Origin: the human T2T-CHM13v2.0 reference genome, Homo sapiens
Strand: one strand, 5' to 3'
Assembly (NCBI RefSeq): GCF_009914755.1
Contig: NC_060937.1
Length of the DNA: 64,000 nt
This document shows, one piece after another, positions 15,412 to 29,015 of the stretch. How positions within the stretch are numbered: the first letter of the stretch is position 1; every line of letters starts with the position of its first letter. The notes beneath the pieces are model-generated. The model did not search any database. It worked only from the letters and a program-made list of their open reading frames with translations, and was not told the DNA's origin. The position numbers and the translations under genes were made by a program.

Positions 15412-16222
15412 TCACTTCATGCTATTGAACTTCTCTTTGGATCTCATCTAGTTTATAGTCTGTTTTTACCCTTAAGAATGTTTTCTATCTTCTCCACAAA
15501 GTGGCAGCACTTCTCCGTCTTTTGTCCATGTTACACAGGTAGCCTTTTCTATCAGTAATAAAAACCCTGCACTTGCCTGCCTAAGCTTTATCCTATTATA
15601 TCTGTCCACTTTTTTAATGTAGCAAGGCTGTTTTATTTTGAATGCAAAGCCTGCCCTCTACTGTGTTCATTCTTCAAATCAAATCTTACTGTAAAATTTA
15701 GATCAGCTAAAGTGACTATACTTTGCTAGATTTTTAAAATTCCAGTTCCTTTATCAAATTATTTGTGCTCAGTATTTTTTTTCTTCCTATGACTGCCAGC
15801 TAGAAAAGTCATTACTCTGCTTCTCTATTGGAACTGACAACAGTCCTACTCCATTAGGTGAAAATCAGCAATTGTAGGTTTTCAGTTAAGTTTTTCCTGC
15901 TAGAAAAGCTTATGTTCCATAATACTAGAAGAGAGTGCAATATAAGAATTACAACATAATTCAGTTCTTAATAGTCTGTGCTACTTTCTTAAGGAAGATG
16001 GCTAACTTGTATGAGTTCCTTCTGAAAGACTTCTGCTTTTGCATTGTTAAACATTAATAGCATAACCATCATGATCAATATCATAGTGATGACCAGATTC
16101 AGAGTAAATCATTGAGATTTTAGGATCTTGTTATAAAATTCTAAAATCCTTATTGTAAATTAAATGGTAATACAATTTAATAAAACATGTTGCTTACTCT
16201 CTTGAAGTGAAACTTAGAGATG

Positions 16223-16758
16223 TTGTGTTAGTCAGGGTTCTCCCCAGAGACAGAACCAATAGAATAGATAGATGAGAAGGGATTCCTTATGAGAATTAGC
16301 TCACGAGATCGTAGAGACTGAACAGTTCCATGGCAGGCCATCTGCAAGATGGAGAACCAGGGAAGCCAGTGGTGTGGCCCACTCCAAGAGGCCAAAGGCC
16401 TGAGAACCCAGGTTAAGTCCCCAAGTCTAAACACCAGAGAACTGGGAGTTCTGATATCCAAGGGCAGGAAAAGAAGAGTGTCCCAGCTCCGAGAAAGAGA
16501 GAGAGATAATTCACAACCACTCTTTGAGATAAGTACTATTTTTGTCCTTTTCTTTTCCTTTTTTGTCTATCTAGGCCTCAGCCAATTTGGTGGTGCCCAC
16601 TTACATTGAGTGAGGATGGGTCTTCCTTACTCAGTCCACGGATTCAAATGCCAGTCTTTTCTGGAAACACTCTCATGGACACACCCAGAAATAATGCTTT
16701 ACCCACTATCTGGGTATCCCTTAGTCTAGTAAAGCTGACACCTAAAATTAACCATCAT
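16223..16758 (-). mobile_element. MLT2-type ERVL solo LTR
   Basis: ttagtcagggttctccccagagacagaaccaatag ... taaaattaaccatca termini match MLT2. Confidence 0.75.
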
Positions 16759-19700
16759 AGATGGCGGTCCCATTTTCTTCTGCCTTCTTCACTGAGGTTA
16801 AGTTTCTACTTTTCCCCTTGCTGTTGATAGTCTCCTACACCCTCACCTCAACATACACGCACATATTATTTACACATAGGTGAGGGAGAAGAAAATAAAA
16901 ATTAAAGTAGAAGAAATTCAACCCTCTGAGATATTGCCCTAATTTTCCTCCATTAGTTTTGGCTTATAGTGAAGAGAACAAAATATCTAATAATAGTACT
17001 AACAATAACAGTAAGCACAATGATAGTTGTAATAGCTTACATTTATTGATTGTTTACTACATGCCTGCCATTCCTCTAAATACTTTGTATATTTCCACTC
17101 ATTCTAGCCTCACAACAACCCTTTGAGATAAGTACAAGTTTTGAAGCAAAGAGAATTCAAATAACTAGCCCAGGTTCGTGTAGCTTGTACACCTATGCTG
17201 TTAAACACATCATAATGCTTATCTGGGCATTAAATTGAATGTGAGTGAATGTGAGAAATGGATATGGTCATGGATGCAATTGCAAGAAAGCCAGATGAAC
17301 TTTTTCCTTTGTCCTTGGTACAAGTATGCTGCCTGACAGCATTCATGAAAATACGTGCCAGATAACATCCACACCCACTGTTGGTAAAACGGTGCAAATC
17401 CATGTCCTAACAACAGTGGTCTACAGCTTCATCTGAATACAGGCAGATCAGTGTTGAATGCAAGCATATTTCATGAGATGGCACCTGAAGGAAAGCAAAG
17501 TAAATGCTTGGTAAATTCTACTTTATACTCTATTTTGGAATGTCATGAGAGCCTTCCAAACTTTTGCATTTCAGCATTAAGGATGGGAAAATGGAGAAAA
17601 ATAAAAAGCAAACCATCAGCACAGACTCCATGTGCTTCAGAGGCTTCGTGGTTTTATTGACCACCCCAGGAAACAGCCCCTGCAGCAAGCCAGTGCTGAC
17701 CCAGGTCTGTTTGTCCTCAACAATCCCACAGAGCCCAGGCCAAGCGCCTAGCAGACATTACTTGCCCTCCTCTAGTCCTTTCCCAAATTTGGCATCTCAG
17801 CTCAAGGTAATCACTGTGCAAACACATTTTATCAACTGGCAATTGCTTTTGCTAGGAACAACATGATAGAGAATTGATTTTTTAAATGTGTTCTTAGTAG
17901 CTAAAGCTACCACCATAAAATATTGCCAAGTCCCTGCATTTTTCTTTGTAAATGAAAATCAACACACTCTGTAAGGGTTTTCTGCCTTCTCCAACCTCCC
18001 AATTCCGATTATTTACCTTATTAGTTAACAGGATAGTTATCTGTTAACAGCAATGAAGTGTGATTAACTGTTATGCAGCTAGACTACATCTAGCTTCAGC
18101 TGTTATTAAAACTATATCTGATTTTGCCATCTCATTTATTTGTACATTCATTCATTAAAGAAATATTCCATGAACACCTACTCTGTGCCAGGGAACATAC
18201 CAAGTACTCATGAGGACACCAGACATGAAGCTTACGGAGGAACAAAGTCGTTACAAGAGTCAGATCATCACTCATAAAAGTTAAGAATTTTACTTGCCAA
18301 GAAAAACAAATTTGGAATTTCTCTAATGATATTTAACTCTAAAATCATTTTAATAGTTTCTAAAATATAAACACAGATAAATAGCAGGAAAAGCAAAATA
18401 GAGATGAATTAAATAAATGATTCCACTCTACCTTTGTGTGTGACACCTATTTTGTAAATAAAATTTAAAGTTGTTTGGGTTCACAATAAAAAACACTTTA
18501 GATGCAAAATGGTTATTAAAGTTAAATTAAGTTCTTAGAACTATCAGATAGTTTGGTAGTTTTTCTCTTGAAAACAATTTTTTAAAATAATTGAAGACTG
18601 CAGATCATTTGATCTTTTATTGTCCTGGCTAGCTGTTTTGCGACATAGAATCTTAACTCTCCCATTTGTTTACAGGTAAACAGCGACTGATAACATCGTT
18701 CAGTGTGCATGAATAAGCTACAGAAATGCAACCCCAATCACAGTTTTCACTTAAAACATGAAATTATAATGTACTTATCAGAAGACATAGAATAATTTTG
18801 GAAAAGTAAACAAATTTTTTTCTTAGTTGCTTTAGGGAATAATTATGCCTCTTTTTTACTATGTATTTGATTTAGATATATGAAACTTTGAGGCTGGAAT
18901 ATACTTGAGGTCATTTTTCCATCCCATTGTTTTATACTTTGTACACTGATACTCTTTTATATGTAAGCCACTCTCAATTATTTTGCAGGATATATACTTA
19001 CCCCAGTGTGTAGCAGAATAAATTTGACAGTGTGTTACTTTTTCCATGGTATTTGCATTTTACACTTTCCTTTTAAATATGGAATTTAAAGTATTGCTTG
19101 CCTTTGATGAAGAAACTTCAAACAGCAATAGGGACATATGAAATCACTCATTGTGTCTCGGTTTCTTTAAGATTTGACAGATATTTATTTCAGTATAAAC
19201 AAATACCTCGAAAAGTCCTGTGATACAGGCTGAAAGAAAATTAAGTGCTTTTTGACATCTAAATGTTAGAATGATTGCATTGCACTCTTCACTTTTGAAG
19301 AAGGTAGGTGATCTAGATGGTCAAGATAGTTTCATTTAGGCTCCAGTTCCTCCAGGTAGAGATTCTAAGTAGACAGAAAGAAGACCTAGCCATGGGTACT
19401 AAGAAAATGCAATGGAATGCTGATTCTGTGTCCAAAAATGATCAAGCTCTAGTTTACCACAACATCAAATAAAATCAAATCAGAATTAGTTGGGGAGCTG
19501 TACTCCAAGTAACTTATTCATAGGAAGTGAGTATTAGTAATTCCCTCCAAAATAGCATACTCAGTAACATTTGATGGATAGAATATAACATTGGAAAAAA
19601 TTATTCTTAGCACCTATAAAGCTTAATTGGAAATCTATTCCTAAAACCTAATTATTTTTTAAAATCATGGTTTATTAAAATTGTAAGGTAAAATATTAAT

Positions 19701-20724
19701 CTTAAGGACTAGTGGCATATGGGTTGACTTAGTCACTGTCCATTTCCCTGCACTTCAAAATCAATTGCTCAATGAGGTAATAACAGCCGCCCATAGAAAC
19801 TACTGTCTCAAAGGACTTTTAATGCAAAGCACCTCTCCTGCTGGCCAGGCTAGCAGGTAAGAGGGAATGCTAACTACTATACTATACAGCTAAGAATGAA
19901 ATAACTGGTTTGGTTGATGGTTCTTTTCTATATATTTTTATTAGGGATTCAGGTCATCATTTTTGTGACATGAGCAGTTTACTTTTAACTTCATAAGAAT
20001 GTTCTAAATTATAGTTCTCATGATTTAAATTATTTGCTAACTCATGCCTGTGATTCTTGTTGTGAGCTGTGTGGAAGGAGAACTAGACCATAATCAGACA
20101 GCCTGACTCAAACTTCTATGGAGTGTGATCTGACCTAAGTCCTTTCCTCTTGTGTAGAAGAGGCTAGTTGTATTTGTCCTACTATTGTGCAGAGCTATTT
20201 TGAGAATGAAATATGATAGCCTTTGTTAGATGACCTTAGGACTGCCTTCATCTTTGTTTGGAATACGATGAAGTAAGACAGAATAGAAAAAAAACATGGG
20301 CCAAAAGCTGAGTTCTGATCTTGTCCAAGCCATTCAGGAGGTTTAGAGAATACTGTGGGACATTTACCTTTTTCCTTTGAGTCTTAATTTTATCTTTGTC
20401 TCTTTCTATCCGTCATCCATTGACCATCCAACTATCCATCCATACATGCAAAATAATTATGGTGGAGAGTGAAAATATTAAATAGTGTTTATTCAGAAAC
20501 TAGTACAGTTTCTGAAATATGGTAAGTACTCAATATATAAATATTAGTTTATCCTCCACTATTCCCAACCCATCTGCTAAACACCAGAAGGAGGAAAGTA
20601 TAAAATTCAAGGCAAGACACTTCATTTCAACTAATTATTCTTGAGATATTATAAATGTTATATGTTATTAGTAAATATATTTGCTTCCAGATCTATGTTT
20701 CATATTCCCTTAATAAAAAAGTAG

Positions 20725-21190
20725 CTCATAGCAGCATTTTTTATAATAGCCAAAAACTGGAAACAACCCAAATGGCCATGAAGTGATAAATAGATAAATG
20801 AAATGTAATATGTGCATACAATGGGCTGCAATTCATTAACAGGGGAATTAAGTATTGAAACGTGCTCAAACATGGATGCACCTTGAAAACATTATGCTAA
20901 ATGAAAGAAATCTATCACAAAAAAACACATTTTGTATGATTCCATTTATATGAAATGTCCAGGATAGACAAATACATAAAGACCTAGTGGTTTCCAGGGA
21001 CTGACGGGGAGGAGGGATTGGGGGTGACTGCTAATAAGTACAGGCTTCCTTTTGGAGGTGATGAAAATCTTCTAAAATTGATTGTGTTGGTTGCACAGCT
21101 CCTTAAATATACTAAGAACCATTGAACTGTTTACTTTAAATAGGTGAATTACATGGTATGTAAACTATCTTCATAAAACTGCTCTAAAGT
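20725..21190 (+). mobile_element. L1MB-type 3' fragment
   Basis: catagcagcattttttataatagccaaaaactggaaacaacccaaatg ... ccttgaaaacattatgctaaatgaaagaa. Confidence 0.8.
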
Positions 21191-21467
21191 AAAGAGGATT
21201 TTGTAAGTATAGTATGCTCAAAATAATGCACTGTCTTAAGGATTTCTGGTACATATCCTTTGTTGCCAATGAAGGTAATTAGTAACAACTATTTAATCGA
21301 TCCAAAATTAAGTGAGGGGAAAATAGTGTTATAAAATGCTGTCATTTCCTCTTCTCAATGATTACTCAAAATCTTCAGTTAAGCGAAAAGAGAAAATGGC
21401 TTGTACAAAATTAGGCCCACTTAGTTAACACTGAGTCATGTTGATTGATGTAATTTTATTGTTTTAG

Positions 21468-21660
21468 GTCCTAAACCTAGTGCAGTCCTATGTGACCCTT
21501 CGAGTCCCTCTGTATGTTTCCTACGTGTTCCATTCCCCCGTGGGGGTAGGAGGCTGGCAGCATTTTGACTTGAAGTCAGAGCTTCGTCTAACTTTTGTGT
21601 ACGACACCGCCATCTTGTGGAATGATGGAATTGGCAGCCCCCCAGAGGCTGAACTTCAAG
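21468..21660 (+). CDS. FREM2: FREM2 coding exon (17)
   Basis: ttttag| ... |gtgagt, 193 nt, phase 0-1. [19 protein letters not shown]...SPPEAELQ. Confidence 0.95.
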
Positions 21661-23211
21661 GTGAGTTCAGAAGACTTGGAAAATTCTATAGTTTTGTAAC
21701 CTATTTAAACTATTTAAGACGATTTTTTTTTGCCATTGCTAAAAGTAGTACTAGCAAATTTCAGTATATTTTCATTTTCTATCTATAATAAGATAATTTC
21801 ACCTTTTTCATCAAAAAACTCTTTAAACCATATTAGGGCTTTAAATTTTGTGCAATATGTGATTATTAAATATGACTTTATATATTTCATGGATATTTTA
21901 TCCTTGCGATCTATTTTAGGTGATTAATTATTTATGTGTTACATAACACAACATATATATTTTTCTGAATTCTAGAAAATGGATAGAGGAAGCTCCAACG
22001 AAAGCAAGAAATGACCAAGGGAAAAAGTTACACATTTTTATTTCTGAAAAAAAGAGGTGCATTTAAATTAAATACAAATTATGGCCTGAATTCTAGTCAT
22101 GACTCTACAACTAACTAGCTGTGAGATCTCAAGCATATTGCTTAACCTTTCTGGGACTTAACTTTTTCTGAATGATAGACACAACTTCTAATATCTCTTT
22201 CTGATGTAAAATTCTATTACTCTGGGGTACTTTAGTTGAATGTCTGCGAACTCTGATTGTGAATGCCACTAGTTCGAGTTCGCGAGCATTTGCAAAACTT
22301 GGTTTCAATCTCCATGTTAGACTCATAGTTCAAAGTCCACAAGCATCAATCTAATAAATCCATTAGTAGGACGAGTGCTTTTTCTTTTTCAGACATGTAT
22401 TACTGTTCCGATTCCACAAACATCCATAGTGTCATGCCAGTACTGCATTTTACTAGCCAGCAGGAAAACAGAGTTAATAGTGCACCTCAAATGTAAATCT
22501 ACTCTCTTAAGTGGATTAAAACCTATTTATGCTCTGTTCATTTTGTTGTTGTCTTTTTTTCTCCATGTTTCATTTTGAATAGTTTCTATTTTAGAGCTAT
22601 GTGACAGGTAATATGATAACCCTGAGTTATGATTCCAAATTATTTCAAATGTTTTAAGTCCGTGTCTTGTTTTAGAAGATGTATATTTAAGTTAATCTTA
22701 ATGAGGATTTTTCTGTGGTTCCCAACCTCCACATAGGATCTCTTGTTTCCATCTGATTTCTGGAGCCAAATTTTATCAAACTGCTAAATTTCTTGGGAAA
22801 GCTTCAGAGGTTTCTTTAAGTCTATAAAATTAGGAATAATTCTGGATAACTCAAACCTATTTCTATTTACATGTCCGAATCTCCATCATTTTGACAATTT
22901 TGTCATGCCTCTCAATTTACAGCTTCATTTTTATAAACTCAGATTTTAAAAAAACTTGGTCTATTGTAAGTAATCTGTGTATTTCATAGTGACTTCACTC
23001 ATGTTACTTAATAATTCATTTTGGCTCCCTTTTCTGCTTAGAAAAGAAAATGAAGATACTTCTGCCTCCGTTATTCAGAATTCTTCTGATAATACCCTTT
23101 GCCCAGAATGTTTAAAGACAAGTCAAACCTGAATTAATTTTTGGAAGGAATCTGTACATAAGGGGTCTCTGGCTACATATATTTTCATTCTTGGTACTCT
23201 CCCCATTATAG

Positions 23212-23316
23212 GTTCTCTCTATCCAACCAGCATGCGCATCGGTGATGAGGGGCGCTTGGCCGTGCACTTCAAGACAGAGGCTCAGTTCCATGGCTTATTT
23301 GTGCTGTCACATCCCG
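23212..23316 (+). CDS. FREM2: FREM2 coding exon (18)
   Basis: ttatag| ... |gtaagc, 105 nt, phase 1-1. [35 protein letters not shown]. Confidence 0.95.
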
Positions 23317-24752
23317 GTAAGCCCCGTTATCTTTTAACAACCACTCCTCACACAAAAAGGAGGTAGATTTTCCATCTTCACACATTTCAGCGTGCTTCTC
23401 TGTTACCACTGAAGCCCTTAATCTCAAATGAATTGTACATGTGGGATTATCTCCATGAGAGCTTGATAATTGTTCAGCTTCACCTCATAATCCACAAAAT
23501 TATCATTATGCAGACTTTCAGAGAAAATGCAAAATAATTAGAGTAAAATTAAAAGGAAACCCTATTGAGTTCATTTTAAGTAAAGTTTTCCTTAAAGAGC
23601 ATAGGAATAATCATTTCTTTCTCTGCTTTGCTTCCATTGTACAAATCGAATTGCAGATGATTCATTCAGCAAGCACTTCTCTTTTCACAGCTTTTTGCTA
23701 GGTACTGTGAGAAACCCTTTTAATAGGGTCAGAGGAGGTACTTCACTTTCATATTTAAGTTTTGGACATGTTAATTATGTTTAATAAGTATTGGCTATGC
23801 AATTTTACTAACTGTGATTCGCTGTGCTTTGAATATCAACAAGGCAGCAGTCGATAAAATCCCACGTCTAACTTCATTTGTTTTTTGTTTTTTTTTAACA
23901 AGGGACATTTCACTAGAAAGAGCTTATTTTTTATTTGACTCTCCATATTACCAGTTTAGTAACGTGGAGAGTCAAATAAAAAATAAGCCATTTTTCTGCC
24001 AGCTTATATTAGATTGGGAAAAGGAAAATAGTTCACTCAACATCTTTATAGCTTTTCTTTTTCTGGACTTGAACTCTAACAAAAGAGAATAGGGCTGAAT
24101 AATTAGGAAGAGAAAGAGGCTTCATTGTATTTTTATGGAACTGAGCTACAAGAAAGAAAGAATCCAAAAAAATCATTTTGCTTTATTGTATTTGACAGTT
24201 CTGGAAAATGAGGATTTTCTGGTCTATACAGTTTTCTTCTACATGCCTACCTTTCTAATAAACTGAATCTTTGTGTAGCCATGATTGCAGGCAATCTAAC
24301 TAAAATCAGACTCCATTCATAAATTGGGTTTGCCCAGCTGTGTGGATACTAATAGACTATTTTAAGTTCAGCTCGTAACTTCAGTGCACAATAAATGCAT
24401 TCACATCACCCTTTATTGTGCTGCTGTGACTCCCCAGAAAGTAGCTCTGAACAATTTGAGCATTTCTGTACAATTATCTTTTGACAAAACTATAGAGCAG
24501 AAACAGTACTGAAGTAGGAATCAGAAAGTCACATCCTAGCTGTGTGATCTTTGGAAAGTCACACAGTCACTCACAGCCCAGTTTCTTCATCTGCCAGAGG
24601 AGGATAATTATACTAACCATGACTGCTTTGCAGCCTTCTTATAAAAACAGAAGCAAATAATGTATGATCATTTATTTTGAAAACTCTAAACTGTTATGCA
24701 CTCTTTTAATTGAACCACTATATCATTATTATCATTACTGGCACTTTCCTAG

Positions 24753-24880
24753 CATCCTTTACAAGCTCAGTGATCATGTCAGCTGATCATCCAGGCCTGA
24801 CATTTTCCCTCCGCCTCATAAGGAGTGAACCAACCTATAACCAGCCAGTACAGCAGTGGAGCTTTGTCTCTGACTTTGCC
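24753..24880 (+). CDS. FREM2: FREM2 coding exon (19)
   Basis: ttcctag| ... |gtaagt, 128 nt, phase 1-0. [20 protein letters not shown]...WSFVSDFA. Followed by a short 98-nt intron. Confidence 0.95.
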
Positions 24881-24978
24881 GTAAGTGACTAAGACTCTTA
24901 ATTAATTTTCTTCTGCTGCTGCCATCTGATTACACCTCAGATTTTTAAATGTAATATATCAATATCTTCTCCTCAAAG

Positions 24979-25113
24979 GTACGTGACTACTCAGGGACCT
25001 ATACTGTGAAGCTGGTGCCATGCACTGCCCCATCACATCAGGAATACCGCCTGCCAGTCACCTGCAACCCCAGAGAACCTGTCACCTTTGACCTTGACAT
25101 CCGATTCCAACAG
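24979..25113 (+). CDS. FREM2: FREM2 coding exon (20)
   Basis: ctcaaag| ... |gtgtgg, 135 nt, phase 0-0. [45 protein letters not shown]. Confidence 0.93.
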
Positions 25114-25848
25114 GTGTGGCTTATAGAATTACTATCTTATGACTTGCAGAATCCCACTTTGTTTTTCATTTATTAGTAAAAAAAAAAAAAAATCCACACG
25201 TGAATGACTTTAATTCTTGCATGCTGAAAAGAAAAGAAATCAGACAGTTAAGGAAGCTAGGGATAAAAGAATGAGGAGAGATTTGCCCTTTATCTGTTGT
25301 TAGTACAGGATGTAAAATTCAGAGTTTAAATGTATGCAATGGTTATTTTTTTCTTATCTGATCTTATCTTGTGTCCTCCTGAAGTTTGCTGTCTTGGAGA
25401 TTTGAGAATTTTCCCCGCACTTCTGCATTTCTTTTCTTGTTCTTCTCTAAAGAGAATGAAATCCTGTAGCTCAAACCACCTCAAAGTACCTAATTGCCAT
25501 TATGTATTATAAAAAATGTGATGGCATCTTTTTTTCAAGAATTTTTACTGTTGGCCTTCTACTGACAATGATATTTACAAGTCCTTTATATACCCCAATA
25601 AACCAGTGGAAATGAGCTCAAGCAATGCTGTTTAGTCCCATTCAAAAAATGACTTGATCCCACCAGTCTTGCCTTCTCAAGGACAAAAGCAATGTTACAA
25701 CTCTCTGAGTTAGCTTGGTAGGGTGTGAAAATTGCGATGCAGTGTTTAGTGTTCTACAGTGTACGGTGAATGTATGTATCTGTGAACAGTATGTTTGTGC
25801 ACCATCAGAACCACTGATGCATAAAAGAACTTTTACCTTTGGTTTTAG

Positions 25849-25975
25849 GTCAGTGATCCAGTGGCTGCTGAGTTTAGCTTGAACACCCAAATGTACCTGC
25901 TCTCTAAGAAGAGTCTCTGGTTGTCTGATGGATCCATGGGATTCGGGCAAGAGAGTGATGTTGCTTTTGCAGAAG
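25849..25975 (+). CDS. FREM2: FREM2 coding exon (21)
   Basis: ttttag| ... |gtatca, 127 nt, phase 0-1. [19 protein letters not shown]...ESDVAFAE. Confidence 0.95.
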
Positions 25976-26865
25976 GTATCACTTTACAAATGAGAGGGAT
26001 GCTCTGTTTGTCATGTATATCTTTTGTGCTTTGCTTTTTGGGGATTGTGTTTGAGGGGGCAAATTATAGCTTTTTTTATGGTTTTGAGAATGTAACTGGG
26101 TCTTTACCCACTCTGGCTGGTGTGGGAAGTCGTTGCGATTGGGTATATGTATCTGGGTATCTTTTTTTTCTGAGGAAGCTAATCTCTAGCTGTCTTACCT
26201 AAGTGACTTTTGGAACAAGTCTAGATGATTTTCTCGAATGTTTTTTTTCAATCTGTGTAAACTTAAATGCTGCAGCTACATGAGACTGTAAATGCCTCTC
26301 AGGCAAAGATTGTGCCTGCCTTACTCAATGGTGTATATTCAGCACCCAGCACACATACCTAGCAGAAATACCTGGCACTCATGGTAGGGGTTCAATAATA
26401 GTTATGAAATAAAGAATTGAACACCAGGGGGTTTCATTAAACCCTCTTTCAGAAACAAATAACGTTAATTAGGCTTTGTATTGATACTTTCTTTCTTAGT
26501 GTTATTCTATATTGTATCAGTATATATCTTATCAACTTATTTTTGTAAACTGGACTTGGACCACAATGGGATATTATTAATGCCAAATTATAGGCCAGAT
26601 CTTTGAAATTATTCACACCAGTGGCTGAGCATCTGAGACTCAATAAATCTTTAGTCACTTCTGGTCAGTCTGCAAAGTGGTCTTACCTGAGGCCTGAGAA
26701 TGTACCAGATCTTGAAGCTCATGCAAACAGGCCTTCAACATTTGATAGTAGATGAGGGTGGCAAGGAAATAATCTCTGTGTCCTCATTGTCATAACCTGT
26801 TTACAGTGTCACGTTGATATACCTTATCACATAACAGAAATAACATTTCCACATCTCTATTTCAG

Positions 26866-27053
26866 GTGATATAATTTATGGTCGTGTCATGGTGGATCCT
26901 GTCCAGAATCTGGGTGACTCCTTTTACTGCAGCATTGAGAAGGTGTTTCTATGCACTGGAGCTGATGGCTATGTTCCCAAGTATAGTCCAATGAATGCAG
27001 AATATGGCTGCTTAGCCGACTCTCCTTCACTCTTATATAGATTTAAAATTGTG
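26866..27053 (+). CDS. FREM2: FREM2 coding exon (22)
   Basis: tttcag| ... |gtaagt, 188 nt, phase 1-0. [30 protein letters not shown]...LLYRFKIV. Confidence 0.95.
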
Positions 27054-27129
27054 GTAAGTGCTTTGACCCAAAAAATGAGCTAGATAGATTTTTCAAAGTT
27101 CAGCCTCCTTGTCTTATATTTAAAAACAA

Positions 27130-27410
27130 GGCTGGGCACAGTGGCCACACTATAGTCCCAGCACTTTGGGAGGCCAAGGTAGAAGGATCACTTGAAGCCA
27201 GGATTTCAAGACCAGCCTGGGCAACATAGTGAGACCCCATCTCTACAAAAAATTTTAAAAAATTAGCCGAGCATCGTGGCACATGCCTGGAGTCCCAGCT
27301 ACTTGGGAGGCTGAGGTGGGAAGATTGCTTAAGTCAGGAAGTTCAATCTATGATCATGCTACTGCACTCTAGCCTGGGTGACAGAGAAGGTCCCCGTCTC
27401 TTAAAAAAAA
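27130..27410 (+). mobile_element. Alu (AluJ-like)
   Basis: ggctgggcacagtgg..., accagcctgggcaacatagtgagacccc, A-tail. Confidence 0.88.
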
Positions 27411-27562
27411 TAGAAAAACCAACAAAATGATCATTTTTAGTAAACCAAATGGTGACATTTTATAGTAATTTGTACTTGCACAAAACAAATAGAGAAACAT
27501 GCTGTCCTGGCAAAAGCCGTGGCATTATCTACAGCAATCACCACTTTCCTTACTGCTTAAAG

Positions 27563-27709
27563 GACAAAGCTCAGCCAGAGACACAAGCGACCAGTTTTGG
27601 AAATGTCCTATTTAATGCCAAACTAGCAGTGGATGACCCTGAAGCCATTCTCTTAGTGAATCAGCCTGGATCTGATGGATTTAAAGTCGACTCAACACCA
27701 CTCTTTCAG
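27563..27709 (+). CDS. FREM2: FREM2 coding exon (23)
   Basis: ttaaag| ... |gtaggc, 147 nt, phase 0-0. [25 protein letters not shown]...DSTPLFQ. Confidence 0.93.
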
Positions 27710-29015
27710 GTAGGCCAAAAACAAGCTCATTTGTAGTAGTTGTGTACCCACATGCAAGTTATGGAACATTTATATGCCTCAGATGTCTCATATGTAAATA
27801 GCAGTAATAGTAATATTGCATACAGTTAATGGGAACATTGAATAAGATATGGCAAATAAACTACATAGCCCTATGCTGGGCATATGGTGAGCACTCCATA
27901 AACCCAGCGTTTATTATTTTTGTTAGCAATATATCTGGCTTTCATAGCTCTTATCACTTTTATTAATGTATTAATATTATTTTAAGACTATGTGTAATGA
28001 AGAGTCTTATTTAGCCCAGAATATAAATCTGTGTCTGACAGTTGAGTAATCTGCTTTTCTTATTCAAAACTTCCTTCCTGCTGACTTTTCACCAATATCT
28101 TAATTAGAGTGATCTTGTGTGAACTGCTGAACTCAGGAAAGCAATTGTGCACAGCTCCACTCTCAAAGATTTCAGAAACCAAGATACAAATTCCTGACTC
28201 AGGGATCAAAGGTGGAGGGAAACACAGGCAGCTGCCACAACACTGAGCAAATGCCACAAATTTCAAGAGGTGCTTACACTGCAAATCTCTGCCGAAGCAA
28301 GTGCGGCTTTTAGGATATTTACTGAAAATTAACCCGACAGGATGGCCTGGAGAAATGTGTTATTTTCATTCAACCTAAGGAAGGATCTTAAGAAAGCATG
28401 TTTGTTATTCTCAATCTTTTCAAACAAGAAGTTGAAGTATGATATGTTTTATTTTTATTTTTGCCATTAAATCTCAAAGCATCTGACCTTCCTAAATCTT
28501 GCATGCTTCAAAGACTCATCAGAAAATTCATCCTTTTCCAAAGCCCCAGAAAAGCTTGAAAATTGATTTTTTCCCCCTATGGTCTTATATGCAATAAGCA
28601 GCAAGACACAGTGAAAAGAGTCCTGGGGTTCAGAAGATTTGAGCTGTAGTCCTGCCTCTGCCACTAACTGGTTGAGTAACATTGGGCAACTCACTTAACT
28701 GCTGCATATTCTAATTTACTCATTTTTTTAGTGAATAAGCTAGACTGTATAATCTATTAATAGTTCTTTAGAACTCTCTCATTCTATGACAACAAGTATC
28801 ACATATTCACTCCCTTAAGAGTTGCACAGGATATATCACAGAGTGCTTTGCACAGAGCCTTGCACCTAGTACTCATTCAAAAATATTAAGTAAGTTAATT
28901 CTGCAGACTAAAATCATTTATTAATATCTCTGCCATTAATTTCTCTTGCAAAGAGTCGTGGATTAGATTGACATGGTATCTAGTATTTCCTAATAAATAG
29001 AGTTGTGCTTTCTAG

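Noticed and set aside
17451-17866. Intron 16 ORFs as a cassette exon
   Set aside because: There is no domain similarity and only weak acceptor candidates, and exons 16 and 17 already join in frame.
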